The translations under genes and the position numbers were made by a program. The notes under the pieces were generated by a model that was not told the DNA's origin, ran no database searches, and worked only from the letters and a program-made list of their open reading frames with translations. From contig OZ024741.1 of NCBI GenBank assembly GCA_964016885.1, positions 25,420,001-25,484,000 of the forward strand: a DNA stretch of 64,000 nt, in the 5' to 3' direction. Source of the DNA: Eledone cirrhosa (taxonomy: Eukaryota). This document shows, one piece after another, positions 1 to 15,000 of this stretch. Numbering within the stretch: position 1 is the stretch's first letter; each line of letters opens with the position of its first letter.

Positions 1-3000
1 TTGTGAGAAACTCAAATGTCTTCTCTGTCTCAATGGTCAACTAAAGACACTATTGTGAGAAACTCAAATGTCAACTGTCTCAATGGTCAACTAAAGACAC
101 TATTGTGAGAAACTCAAATGTCTTCTGTCTCAATGGTCAACTAAAGACACTATTGTGAGAAACTCAAATGTCTACTCTGTCTCAATGGACAACTCAAGAC
201 ACTGTTGTGAGAAACTCAAATGTCTTCTCTGTCTCAATGGTCAACTAAAGACACTATTGTGAGAAACTCAAATGTCTTCTGTCTCAATGGTCAACTAAAG
301 ACACTATTGTGAGAAACTCAAATGTCTTCTGTCTCAATGGTCAACTAAAGACACTATTGTGAGAAACTCAAATGTCTTCTCTGTCTCAATGGTCAACTAA
401 AGACACTATTGTGAGAAACTCAAATGTCAACTGTCTCAATGGTTAACTAAAGACACTATTGTGAGAAACTCAAATGTCTTCTGTCTCAATGGTCAACTAA
501 AGACACTATTGTGAGAAACTCAAATGTCTGCTCTGTCTCAATGGTCAACTCAAGACACTGTTGTGAGAAACTCAAATGTCTTCTCTGTCTCAATGGTCAA
601 CTAAAGACACTATTGTGAGAAACTCAAATGTCTTCTCTGTCTCAATGGTCAACTAAAGACACTATTGTGAGAAACACAAATGTCTTCTGTCTCAATGGTC
701 AACTAAAGACACTATTGTGAGAAACTCAAATATCTTCTCTGTCTCAATGGTCAACTAAAGACACTATTGTGAGAAACTCAAATGTCTTCTGTCTCAATGG
801 TCAACTAAAGACACTATTGTGAGAAACTCAAATGTCTGCTCTGTCTCAATGGTCAACTCAAGACACTGTTGTGAGAAACTCAAATGTCTTCTGTCTCAAT
901 GGTCAACTAAAGACACTATTGTGAGAAACTCAAATGTCTGCTCTGTCTCAATGGTCAACTCAAGACACTGTTGTGAGAAACTCAAATGTCTTCTCCGTCT
1001 CAATGGTCAACTAAAGACACTATTGTGAGAAACTCAAATGTTTTCTCTGTCTCAATGATCAACTAAAGACACTATTGTGAGAAACTTAATGGTCAACTGC
1101 CTCAATGGTCAACTAAAGACACTATTGTGAGAAACTCAAATGTCTTCTCTGTCTCAATGGTCAACTAAACACACTATTGTGAGAAACTCAAATGTCTTCT
1201 GTCTCAATGGTCAACTAAAGACACTATTGTGAGAAACTCAAATGTCTTCTCTGTCTCAATGGTCAACTAAAGACACTATTGTGAGAAACTCAAATGTCAA
1301 CTGTCTCAATGGTCAACTAAAGACACTATTGTGAGAAACTCAAATGTCTTCTGTCTCAATGGTCAACTAAAGACACTATTGTGAGAAACTCAAATGTCTA
1401 CTCTGTCTCAATGGACAACTCAAGACACTGTTGTGAGAAACTCAAATGTCTTCTGTCTCAATGGTCAACTAAAGACACTATTGTGAGAAACTCAAATGTC
1501 TTCTCTGTCTCAATGGTCAACTAAAGACACTATTGTGAGAAACTCAAATGTCTTCTGTCTCAATGGTCAACTAAAGACACTATTGTGAGAAACTCAAATG
1601 TCTTCTCTGTCTCAATGGTCAACTAAAGACACTATTGTGAGAAACTCAAATGTCAACTGTCTCAATGGTTAACTAAAGACACTATTGTGAGAAACTCAAA
1701 TGTCTTCTCTGTCTCAATGGTCAACTAAAGACACTATTGTGAGAAACTCAAATGTCTTCTCTGTCTCAATGGTCAACTAAAGACACTATTGTGAGAAACT
1801 CAAATGTCTTCTCTGTCTCAATGGTCAACTAAAGACACTGTTGTGAGAAACTCAAATGTCTTCTGTCTCAATGGTCAACTAAAGACACTATTGTGAGAAA
1901 CTCAAATGTCTTCTGTCTCAATGGTCAACTAAAGACACTATTGTGAGAAACTCAAATGTCTTCTGTCTCAATGGTCAACTAAAGACACTATTGTGAGAAA
2001 CTCAAATGTCTGCTCTGTCTCAATGGTCAACTAAAGACTGTTGTGAGAAACTCAAATGTCTTCTGTCTCAATGGTCAACTAAAGACACTATTGTGAGAAA
2101 CTCAAATGTCTTCTGTCTCAATGGTCAACTAAAGACACTGTTGTGAGAAACTCAAATGTCTGCTCTGTCTCAATGGTCAACTAAAGACACTGTTGTGAGA
2201 AACTCAAATGTCTTCTGTCTCAATGGTCAACTAAAGACACTATTGTGAGAAACTCAAATGTCTTCTGTCTCAATGGTCAACTAAAGACACTATTGTGAGA
2301 AACTCAAATGTCAACTGTCTCAATGGTCAACTAAAGACACTATTGTGAGAAACTCAAATGTCTTCTGTCTCAATGGTCAACTAAAGACACTATTGTGAGA
2401 AACTCAAATGTCAACTCTGTCTCAATGGTCAACTAAAGACACTATTGTGAGAAACTCAAATGTCTTCTGTCTCAATGGTCAACTAAAGACACTATTGTGA
2501 GAAACTCAAATGTCTTCTCTGTCTCAATGGTCAACTAAAGACACTATTGTGAGAAACTCAAATGTCAACTGTCTCAATGGTCAACTAAAGACACTATTGT
2601 GAGAAACTCAAATGTCTTCTGTCTCAATGGTCAACTAAAGACACTATTGTGAGAAACTCAAATATCTTCTCTGTCTCAATGGTCAACTAAAGACACTATT
2701 GTGAGAAACTCAAATGTCTTCTCTGTCTCAATGGTCAACTAAAGACACTATTGTGAGAAACTCAAATGTCTTCTGTCTCAATGGTCAACTAAAGACACTA
2801 TTGTGAGAAACTCAAATGTCAACTGTCTCAATGGTCAACTAAAGACATTATTGTGAGAAACTCAAATGTCTTCTGTCTCAATGGTCAACTAAAGACACTA
2901 TTGTGAGAAACTCAAATGTCTACTCTGTCTCAATGGTCAACTAAAGACACTATTGTGAGAAACTCAAATGTCAACTGTCTCAATGGTCAACTAAAGACAC

Positions 3001-6000
3001 TATTGTGAGAAACTCAAATGTCTTCTGTCTCAATGGTCAACTAAAGACACTATTGTGAGAAACTCAAATGTCAACTCTGTCTCAATGGTCAACTAAAGAC
3101 ACTATTGTGAGAAACTCAAATGTCTTCTGTCTCAATGGTCAACTAAAGACACTATTGTGAGAAACTCAAATGTCAACTGTCTCAATGGTTAACTAAAGAC
3201 ACTATTGTGAGAAACTCAAATGTCTTCTGTCTCAATGGTCAACTAAAGACACTATTGTGAGAAACTCAAATGTCAACTGTCTCAATGGTCAACTAAAGAC
3301 ATTATTGTGAGAAACTCAAATGTCTTCTGTCTCAATGGTCAACTAAAGACACTATTGTGAGAAACTCAAATGTCTACTCTGTCTCAATGGTCAACTAAAG
3401 ACACTATTGTGAGAAACTCAAATGTCAACTGTCTCAATGGTCAACTAAAGACACTATTGTGAGAAACTCAAATGTCTTCTGTCTCAATGGTCAACTAAAG
3501 ACACTATTGTGAGAAACTCAAATGTCAACTCTGTCTCAATGGTCAACTAAAGACACTATTGTGAGAAACTCAAATGTCTTCTGTCTCAATGGTCAACTAA
3601 AGACACTATTGTGAGAAACTCAAATGTCTTCTGTCTCAATGGTCAACTAAAGACACTATTGTGAGAAACTCAAATGTCTTCTCTGTCTCAATGGTCAACT
3701 AAAGACACTATTGTGAGAAACTCAAATGTCATCTGTCTCAATGGTCAACTAAAGACACTATTGTGAGAAACTCAAATGTCTTCTGTCTCAATGGTCAACT
3801 AAAGACACTATTGTGAGAAACTCAAATGTCTACTCTGTCTCAATGGTCAACTCAAGACACTGTTGTGAGAAACTCAAATGTCTTCTCTGTCTCAATGGTC
3901 AACTAAAGACACTATTGTGAGAAACACAAATGTCTTCTCTGTCTCAATGGTCAACTAAAGACACTATTGTGAGAAACTCAAATATCTTCTCTGTCTCAAT
4001 GGTCAACTAAAGACACTATTGTGAGAAACTCAAATGTCAACTGTCTCAATGGTCAACTAAAGACACTATTGTGAGAAACTCAAATGTCTTCTGTCTCAAT
4101 GGTCAACTAAAGACACTATTGTGAGAAACTCAAATGTCTGCTCTGTCTCAATGGTCAACTCAAGACACTGTTGTGAGAAACTCAAATGTCTTCTCCGTCT
4201 CAATGGTCAACTAAAGACACTATTGTGAGAAACTCAAATGTTTTCTCTGTCTCAATGATCAACTAAAGACACTATTGTGAGAAACTTAATGGTCAACTGC
4301 CTCAATGGTCAACTAAAGACACTATTGTGAGAAACTCAAATGTCTTCTCTGTCTCAATGGTCAACTAAACACACTATTGTGAGAAACTCAAATGTCTTCT
4401 GTCTCAATGGTCAACTAAAGACACTATTGTGAGAAACTCAAATGTCTTCTCTGTCTCAATGGTCAACTAAAGACACTATTGTGAGAAACTCAAATGTCAA
4501 CTGTCTCAATGGTCAACTAAAGACACTATTGTGAGAAACTCAAATGTCTTCTGTCTCAATGGTCAACTAAAGACACTATTGTGAGAAACTCAAATGTCTA
4601 CTCTGTCTCAATGGACAACTCAAGACACTGTTGTGAGAAACTCAAATGTCTTATCTGTCTCAATGGTCAACTAAAGACACTATTGTGAGAAACTCAAATG
4701 TCTTCTGTCTCAATGGTCAACTAAAGACACTATTGTGAGAAACTCAAATGTCTTCTGTCTCAATGGTCAACTAAAGACACTATTGTGAGAAACTCAAATG
4801 TCTTCTCTGTCTCAATGGTCAACTAAAGACACTATTGTGAGAAACTCAAATGTCAACTGTCTCAATGGTTAACTAAAGACACTATTGTGAGAAACTCAAA
4901 TGTCTTCTGTCTCAATGGTCAACTAAAGACACTATTGTGAGAAACTCAAATGTCTGCTCTGTCTCAATGGTCAACTCAAGACACTGTTGTGAGAAACTCA
5001 AATGTCTTCTCTGTCTCAATGGTCAACTAAAGACACTATTGTGAGAAACTCAAATGTCTTCTCTGTCTCAATGGTCAACTAAAGACACTATTGTGAGAAA
5101 CTCAAATGTCTTCTCTGTCTCAATGGTCAACTAAAGACACTTGTGAGAAACTCAAATGTCTTCTGTCTCAATGGTCAACTAAAGACACTATTGTGAGAAA
5201 CTCAAATGTCTTCTGTCTCAATGGTCAACTAAAGACACTATTGTGAGAAACTCAAATGTCTTCTGTCTCAATGGTCAACTAAAGACACTATTGTGAGAAA
5301 CTCAAATGTCTGCTCTGTCTCAATGGTCAACTAAAGACACTGTTGTGAGAAACTCAAATGTCTTCTGTCTCAATGGTCAACTAAAGACACTATTGTGAGA
5401 AACTCAAATGTCTTCTGTCTCAATGGTCAACTAAAGACACTGTTGTGAGAAACTCAAATGTCTGCTCTGTCTCAATGGTCAACTAAAGACACTGTTGTGA
5501 GAAACTCAAATGTCTTCTGTCTCAATGGTCAACTAAAGACACTATTGTGAGAAACTCAAATGTCTTCTGTCTCAATGGTCAACTAAAGACACTATTGTGA
5601 GAAACTCAAATGTCAACTGTCTCAATGGTCAACTAAAGACACTATTGTGAGAAACTCAAATGTCTTCTGTCTCAATGGTCAACTAAAGACACTATTGTGA
5701 GAAACTCAAATGTCAACTGTCTCAATGGTCAACTAAAGACACTATTGTGAGAAACTCAAATGTCTTCTGTCTCAATGGTCAACTAAAGACACTATTGTGA
5801 GAAACTCAAATGTCTTCTCTGTCTCAATGGTCAACTAAAGACACTATTGTGAGAAACTCAAATGTCTTCTCTGTCTCAATGGTCAACTAAAGACACTATT
5901 GTGAGAAACTCAAATGTCTTCTCTGTCTCAATGGTCAACTAAAGACACTATTGTGAGAAACTCAAATGTCAACTGTCTCAATGGTCAACTAAAGACACTA

Positions 6001-9000
6001 TTGTGAGAAACTCAAATGTCTTCTGTCTCAATGGTCAACTAAAGACACTATTGTGAGAAACTCAAATGCCTGCTCTGTCTCAATGGTCAACTCAAGACAC
6101 TGTTGTGAGAAACTCAAATGTCTTCTCTGTCTCAATGGTCAACTAAAGACACTATTGTGAGAAACTCAAATGTCTTCTGTCTCAATGGTCAACTAAAGAC
6201 ACTATTGTGAGAAACTTAATGGTCAACTGCCTCAATGGTCAACTAAAGACACTTTTGTGAGAAACTCAAATGTCTTCTGTCTCAATGGTCAACTAAAGAC
6301 ACTATTGTGAGAAACTCAAATGTCTTCTGTCTCAATGGTCAACTAAAGACACTATTGTGAGAAACTCAAATGTCTTCTCTGTCTCAATGGTCAACTAAAG
6401 ACACTATTGTGAGAAACTCAAATGTCAACTGTCTCAATGGTCAACTAAAGACACTATTGTGAGAAACTCAAATGTCTTGTCTCAATGGTCAACTAAAGAC
6501 ACTATTGTGAGAAACTCAAATGTCTGCTCTGTCTCAATGGTCAACTCAAGACACTGTTGTGAGAAACTCAAATGTCTTCTGTCTCAATGGTCAACTCAAG
6601 ACACTATTGTGAGAAACTCAATGGTCTTCTCAGTCTCAATGGTCAACTCAAGACACTATTGTGAGAAACTCAAATGTCTTCTCAGTCTCAATGGTCAACT
6701 CAAGACACTATTGTGAGAAACTCAAATGTCTTCTCAGTCTCAATGGTCAACTAAAGACACTATTGTGAGAAACTCAAACGTCTTCTCAGTCTCAATGGTC
6801 AACTAAAGACACTGTTGTGAGAAACTCAATGGTCTTCTCAGTCTCAATGGTCAACTAAAGACACTATTGTGAGAAACTCAAATGTCTTCTCAGTCTCAAT
6901 GGTCAACTAAAAACACTGTTGTGAGAAACTCAATGGTCTTCTCTGTCTCAATGGTCAACTAAAGACACTATTGTGAGAAACTCAAATGTCTACTCTGTCT
7001 CAATGGACAACTCAAGACACTGTTGTGAGAAACTCAAATGTCTTCTCTGTCTCAATGGTCAACTAAAGACACTATTGTGAGAAACTCAAATGTCTTCTGT
7101 CTCAATGGTCAATTAAAGACACTATTGTGAGAAACTCAAATGTCTTCTGTCTCAATGGTCAACTAAAGACACAATTGTGAGAAACTCAAATGTCTTCTCT
7201 GTCTCAATGGTCAACTAAAGACACTATTGTGAGAAACTCAAATGTCAACTGTCTCAATGGTTAACTAAAGACACTATTGTGAGAAACTCAAATGTCTTCT
7301 GTCTCAATGGTCAACTAAAGACACTATTGTGAGAAACTCAAATGTCTGCTCTGTCTCAATGGTCAACTCAAGACACTGTTGTGAGAAACTCAAATGTCTT
7401 CTCTGTCTCAATGGTCAACTAAAGACACTATTGTGAGAAACTCAAATGTCTTCTCTGTCTCAATGGTCAACTAAAGACACTATTGTGAGAAACTCAAATG
7501 TCTTCTCTGTCTCAATGGTCAACTAAAGACACTTGTGAGAAACTCAAATGTCTTCTGTCTCAATGGTCAACTAAAGACACTATTGTGAGAAACTCAAATG
7601 TCTGCTCTGTCTCAATGGTCAACGAAAGACACTATTGTGAGAAACTCAAATGTCTTCTCTGTCTCAATGGTCAACTAATGACACTATTGTGAGAAACTCA
7701 TATGTCTTCTCTGTCTCAATGGTCAACTAAAGACACTATTGTGAGAAACTCAAATGTCTTCTCTGTCTCAATGGTCAACTAAAGACACTATTGTGAGAAA
7801 CTCAAATGTCTTCTCTGTCTCAATGGTCAACTAAAGACACTTGTGAGAAACTCAAATGTCTTCTGTCTCAATGGTCAACTAAAGACACTATTGTGAGAAA
7901 CTCAAATGTCTTCTGTCTCAATGGTCAACTAAAGACACTATTGTGAGAAACTCAAATGTCTTCTGTCTCAATGGTCAACTAAAGACACTATTGTGAGAAA
8001 CTCAAATGTCTGCTCTGTCTCAATGGTCAACTAAAGACACTGTTGTGAGAAACTCAAATGTCTTCTGTCTCAATGGTCAACTAAAGACACTATTGTGAGA
8101 AACTCAAATGTCTTCTGTCTCAATGGTCAACTAAAGACACTGTTGTGAGAAACTCAAATGTCTGCTCTGTCTCAATGGTCAACTAAAGACACTGTTGTGA
8201 GAAACTCAAATGTCTTCTGTCTCAATGGTCAACTAAAGACACTATTGTGAGAAACTCAAATGTCTTCTGTCTCAATGGTCAACTAAAGACACTATTGTGA
8301 GAAACTCAAATGTCAACTGTCTCAATGGTCAACTAAAGACACTATTGTGAGAAACTCAAATGTCTTCTGTCTCAATGGTCAACTAAAGACACTATTGTGA
8401 GAAACTCAAATGTCAACTGTCTCAATGGTCAACTAAAGACACTATTGTGAGAAACTCAAATGTCTTCTGTCTCAATGGTCAACTAAAGACACTATTGTGA
8501 GAAACTCAAATGTCTTCTCTGTCTCAATGGTCAACTAAAGACACTATTGTGAGAAACTCAAATGTCTTCTCTGTCTCAATGGTCAACTAAAGACACTATT
8601 GTGAGAAACTCAAATGTCTTCTCTGTCTCAATGGTCAACTAAAGACACTATTGTGAGAAACTCAAATGTCAACTGTCTCAATGGTCAACTAAAGACACTA
8701 TTGTGAGAAACTCAAATGTCTTGTCTCAATGGTCAACTAAAGACACTATTGTGAGAAACTCAAATGTCTGCTCTGTCTCAATGGTCAACTCAAGACACTG
8801 TTGTGAGAAACTCAAATGTCTTCTGTCTCAATGGTCAACTCAAGACACTATTGTGAGAAACTCAATGGTCTTCTCAGTCTCAATGGTCAACTCAAGACAC
8901 TATTGTGAGAAACTCAAATGTCTTCTCAGTCTCAATGGTCAACTCAAGACACTATTGTGAGAAACTCAAATGTCTTCTCAGTCTCAATGGTCAACTAAAG

Positions 9001-12000
9001 ACACTATTGTGAGAAACTCAAACGTCTTCTCAGTCTCAATGGTCAACTAAAGACACTGTTGTGAGAAACTCAATGGTCTTCTCAGTCTCAATGGTCAACT
9101 AAAGACACTATTGTGAGAAACTCAAATGTCTTCTCAGTCTCAATGGTCAACTAAAAACACTGTTGTGAGAAACTCAATGGTCTTTTCTGTCTCAATGGTC
9201 AACTAAAGACACTATTGTGAGAAACTCAAATGTCTACTCTGTCTCAATGGACAACTCAAGACACTGTTGTGAGAAACTCAAATGTCTTCTCTGTCTCAAT
9301 GGTCAACTAAAGACACTATTGTGAGAAACTCAAATGTCTTCTGTCTCAATGGTCAATTAAAGACACTATTGTGAGAAACTCAAATGTCTTCTGTCTCAAT
9401 GGTCAACTAAAGACACTATTGTGAGAAACTCAAATGTCTTCTCTGTCTCAATGGTCAACTAAAGACACTATTGTGAGAAACTCAAATGTCAACTGTCTCA
9501 ATGGTTAACTAAAGACACTATTGTGAGAAACTCAAATGTCTTCTGTCTCAATGGTCAACTAAAGACACTATTGTGAGAAACTCAAATGTCTGCTCTGTCT
9601 CAATGGTCAACTCAAGACACTGTTGTGAGAAACTCAAATGTCTTCTCTGTCTCAATGGTCAACTAAAGACACTATTGTGAGAAACTCAAATGTCTTCTCT
9701 GTCTCAATGGTCAACTAAAGACACTATTGTGAGAAACTCAAATGTCTTCTCTGTCTCAATGGTCAACTAAAGACACTTGTGAGAAACTCAAATGTCTTCT
9801 GTCTCAATGGTCAACTAAAGACACTATTGTGAGAAACTCAAATGTCTTCTGTCTCAATGGTAAACTAAAGACACTATTGTGAGAAACTCAAATGTCTTCT
9901 GTCTCAATGGTCAACTAAAGACACTATTGTGAGAAACTCAAATGTCTGCTCTGTCTCAATGGTCAACTAAAGACACTGTTGTGAGAAACTCAAATGTCTT
10001 CTGTCTCAATGGTCAACTAAAGACACTATTGTGAGAAACTCAAATGTCTTCTGTCTCAATGGTCAACTAAAGACACTGTTGTGAGAAACTCAAATGTCTG
10101 CTCTGTCTCAATGGTCAACTAAAGACACTGTTGTGAGAAACTCAAATGTCTTCTGTCTCAATGGTCAACTAAAGACACTATTGTGAGAAACTCAAATGTC
10201 TTCTGTCTCAATGGTCAACTAAAGACACTATTGTGAGAAACTCAAATGTCAACTGTCTCAATGGTCAACTAAAGACACTATTGTGAGAAACTCAAATGTC
10301 TTCTGTCTCAATGGTCAACTAAAGACACTATTGTGAGAAACTCAAATGTCAACTGTCTCAATGGTCAACTAAAGACACTATTGTGAGAAACTCAAATGTC
10401 TTCTGTCTCAATGGTCAACTAAAGACACTATTGTGAGAAACTCAAATGTCTTCTCTGTCTCAATGGTCAACTAAAGACACTATTGTGAGAAACTCAAATG
10501 TCTTCTCTGTCTCAATGGTCAACTAAAGACACTATTGTGAGAAACTCAAATGTCTTCTGTCTCAATGGTCAACTAAAGACACTATTGTGAGAAACTCAAA
10601 TGTCAACTGTCTCAATGGTCAACTAAAGACACTATTGTGAGAAACTCAAATGTCTTCTGTCTCAATGGTCAACTAAAGACACTATTGTGAGAAACTCAAA
10701 TGCCTGCTCTGTCTCAATGGTCAACTCAAGACACTGTTGTGAGAAACTCAAATGTCTTCTCTGTCTCAATGGTCAACTAAAGACACTATTGTGAGAAACT
10801 CAAATGTCTTCTGTCTCAATGGTCAACTAAAGACACTATTGTGAGAAACTTAATGGTCAACTGCCTCAATGGTCAACTAAAGACACTTTTGTGAGAAACT
10901 CAAATGTCTTCTGTCTCAATGGTCAACTAAAGACACTATTGTGAGAAACTCAAATGTCTTCTGTCTCAATGGTCAACTAAAGACACTATTGTGAGAAACT
11001 CAAATGTCTTCTCTGTCTCAAATGTCTTCTCTGTCTCAATGGTCAACTAAAGACACTATTGTGAGAAACTCAAATGTCAACTGTCTCAATGGTCAACTAA
11101 AGACACTATTGTGAGAAACTCAAATGTCTTGTCTCAATGGTCAACTAAAGACACTATTGTGAGAAACTCAAATGTCTGCTCTGTCTCAATGGTCAACTCA
11201 AGACACTGTTGTGAGAAACTCAAATGTCTTCTGTCTCAATGGTCAACTCAAGACACTATTGTGAGAAACTCAATGGTCTTCTCAGTCTCAATGGTCAACT
11301 CAAGACACTATTGTGAGAAACTCAAATGTCTTCTCAGTCTCAATGGTCAACTCAAGACACTATTGTGAGAAACTCAAATGTCTTCTCAGTCTCAATGGTC
11401 AACTAAAGACACTATTGTGAGAAACTCAAACGTCTTCTCAGTCTCAATGGTCAACTAAAGACACTGTTGTGAGAAACTCAATGGTCTTCTCAGTCTCAAT
11501 GGTCAACTAAAGACACTATTGTGAGAAACTCAAATGTCTTCTCAGTCTCAATGGTCAACTAAAAACACTGTTGTGAGAAACTCAATGGTCTTCTCTGTCT
11601 CAATGGTCAACTAAAGACACTATTGTGAGAAACTCAAACGTCTTCTCAGTCTCAATGGTCAACTAAAGACACTGTTGTGAGAAACTCAATGGTCTTCTCA
11701 GTCTCAATGGTCAACTAAAGACACTATTGTGAGAAACTCAAATGTCTTCAGTCTCAATGGTCAACTAAAAACACTGTTGTGAGAAACTCAATGGTCTTCT
11801 GTCTCAATGGTCAACTCAAGACACTATTGTGAGAAACTCAAATGTCTTCTCAGTCTCAATGGTCAACTCAAGACACTTGTGAGAAACTCAATGGTCAACT
11901 CTGTCTCAATGGTCAACTAAAGACACTATTGTGAGAAACTCAAATGTCTTCTCAGTCTCAATGGTCAACTAAAGACACTATTGTGAGAAACTCAAATGTC

Positions 12001-15000
12001 TTCTCAGTCTCAATGGTCAACTAAAGACACTATTGTGAGAAACTCAAATGTCTTCTCAGTCTCAATGGTCAACTAAAGACACTATTGTGAGAAACTCAGA
12101 TGTCTTCTCCGTCTCAATGGTCAACTAAAGACACTATTGTGAGAAACTCAAATGTCTTCTCTGTCTCAATGGTCAACTAAAGACAATTGTGAGAAACTCA
12201 AATGTCTGCTCTGTCTCAATGGTCAACTCAAGACACTGTTGTGAGAAACTCAAATGTCTTCTCTGTCTCAATGGTCAACTAAAGACACTATTGTGAGAAA
12301 CTCAAATGTCTTCTCAGTCTCAATGGTCAACTAAAGACACTATTGTGAGAAACTCAAATGTCTTCTCAGTCTGAATGGTCAACTCAAGAAACTGTTGTGA
12401 GAAACTCAAATGTCTTCTGTCTCAATGGTCAACTAAAGACACTATTGTGAGAAACTCAAATGTCTTCTCAGTCTCAATGGTCAACTCAAGAAACTGTTGT
12501 GAGAAACTCAATGGTCAACTCTGTCTCAATGGTCAACTCAAGACACTGTGAGAAACTCAAATGTCTTCTGTCTCAATGGTCAACTCAAGACACTGTTGTG
12601 AGAAACTCAAATGTCTGCTCTGTCTCAATGGTCAACTCAAGACACTGTTGTGAGAAACTCAATGGTCAACTCTGTCTCAATGGTCAACTCAAGACACTGT
12701 GAGAAACTCAAATGTCTTCTGTCTCAATGGTCAACTCAAGACACTGTTGTGAGAAACTCAAATGTCTTCTCAGTCTCAATGGTCAACTCAAGACACTATT
12801 GTGAGAAACTCAATGGTCTTCTCAGTCTCAATGGTCAACTCAAGACACTATTGTGAGAAACTCAAATGTCTTCTCAGTCTCAATGGTCAACTAAAGACAC
12901 TGTTGTGAGAAACTCAATGGTCTTCTCTGTCTCAATGGTCAACTAAAGACACTATTGTGAGAAACTCAAATGTCTTCTGTCTCAATGGTCAACTCAAGAC
13001 ACTATTGTGAGAAACTCAAATGTCTTCTCAGTCTCAATGGTCAACTAAAGACACTATTGTGAGAAACTCAAATGTCTTCTCAGTCTCAATGGTCAACTAA
13101 AGACACTGTTGTGAGAAACTCAATGGTCTTCTCAGTCTCAATGGTCAACTCAAGACACTTGTGAGAAACTCAATGGTCAACTCTGTCTCAATGGTCAACT
13201 AAAGACACTATTGTGAGAAACTCAAATGTCTTCTCAGTCTCAATGGTCAACTAAAGACACTATTGTGAGAAACTCAAATGTCTTCTCAGTCTCAATGGTC
13301 AACTAAAGACACTGTTGTGAGAAACTCAATGGTCTTCTCAGTCTCAATGGTCAACTAAAGACACTATTGTGAGAAACTCAAATGTCTTCTCTGTCTCAAT
13401 GGTCAACTAAAGACACTATTGTGAGAAACTCAAATGTCTTCTGTCTCAATGGTCAACTAAAGACACTATTGTGAGAAACTCAAATGTCTTCTGTCTCAAT
13501 GGTCAACTAAAGACACTATTGTGAGAAACTTAATGGTCAACTGCCTCAATGGTCAACTAAAGACACTATTGTGAGAAACTCAAATGTCAACTCTGTCTCA
13601 ATGGTCAACTAAAGACACTATTGTGAGAAACTCAAATGTCTTCTGTCTCAATGGTCAACTAAAGACACTATTGTGAGAAACTCAAATGTCTTCTGTCTCA
13701 ATGGTCAACTAAAGACACTATTGTGAGAAACTCAAATGTCAACTGTCTCAATGGTCAACTAAAGACACTATTGTGAGAAACTCAAATGTCTTCTGTCTCA
13801 ATGGTCAACTAAAGACACTATTGTGAGAAACTCAAATGTCTGCTCTGTCTCAATGGTCAACTCAAGACACTGTTGTGAGAAACTCAAATGTCTTCTGTCT
13901 CAATGGTCAACTAAAGACACTATTGTGAGAAACTCAAATGTCCTCTGTCTCAATGGTCAACTAAAGACACTATTGTGAGAAACTCAAATGTCAACTGTCT
14001 CAATGGTCAACTAAAGACACTATTGTGAGAAACTCAAATGTCAACTGTCTCAATGGTCAACTAAAGACACTATTGTGAGAAACTCAAATGTCTTCTGTCT
14101 CAATGGTCAACTAAAGACACTATTGTGAGAAACTCAAATGTCTGCTCTCTCTCAATGGTCAACTCAAGACACTGTTGTGAGAAACTCAAATGTCTTCTCT
14201 GTCTCAATGGTCAACTAAAGACACTATTGTGAGAAACTCAAATGTCTGCTCTGTCTCAATGGTCAACTAAAGACACTATCGTGAGAAACTCAAATGTCTT
14301 CTCTGTCTCAATGGTCAACTAAAGACACTATTGTGAGAAACTCAAATGTCAACTGTCTCAATGGTCAACTAAAGACACTATTGTGAGAAACTCAAATGTC
14401 TTCTGTCTCAATGGTCAACTAAAGACACTTTTGTGAGAAACTCAAATGTCTTCTCTGTCTCAATGGTCAACTAAAGACACTATTGTGAGAAACTCAAATG
14501 TCTTCTCAGTCTCAATGGTCAACTAAAGACACTATTGTGAGAAACTCAAATGTCTTCTCAGTCTGAATGGTCAACTCAAGAAACTGTTGTGAGAAACTCA
14601 AATGTCTTCTGTCTCAATGGTCAACTAAAGACACTATTGTGAGAAACTCAAATGTCTTCTCAGTCTCAATGGTCAACTCAAGAAACTGTTGTGAGAAACT
14701 CAATGGTCAACTCTGTCTCAATGGTCAACTCAAGACACTGTGAGAAACTCAAATGTCTTCTGTCTCAATGGTCAACTCAAGACACTGTTGTGAGAAACTC
14801 AAATGTCTGCTCTGTCTCAATGGTCAACTCAAGACACTGTTGTGAGAAACTCAATGGTCAACTCTGTCTCAATGGTCAACTCAAGACACTGAGAAACTCA
14901 AATGTCTTCTGTCTCAATGGTCAACTCAAGACACTGTTGTGAGAAACTCAAATGTCTTCTGTCTCAATGGTCAACTCAAGACACTGTGAGAAACTCAAAT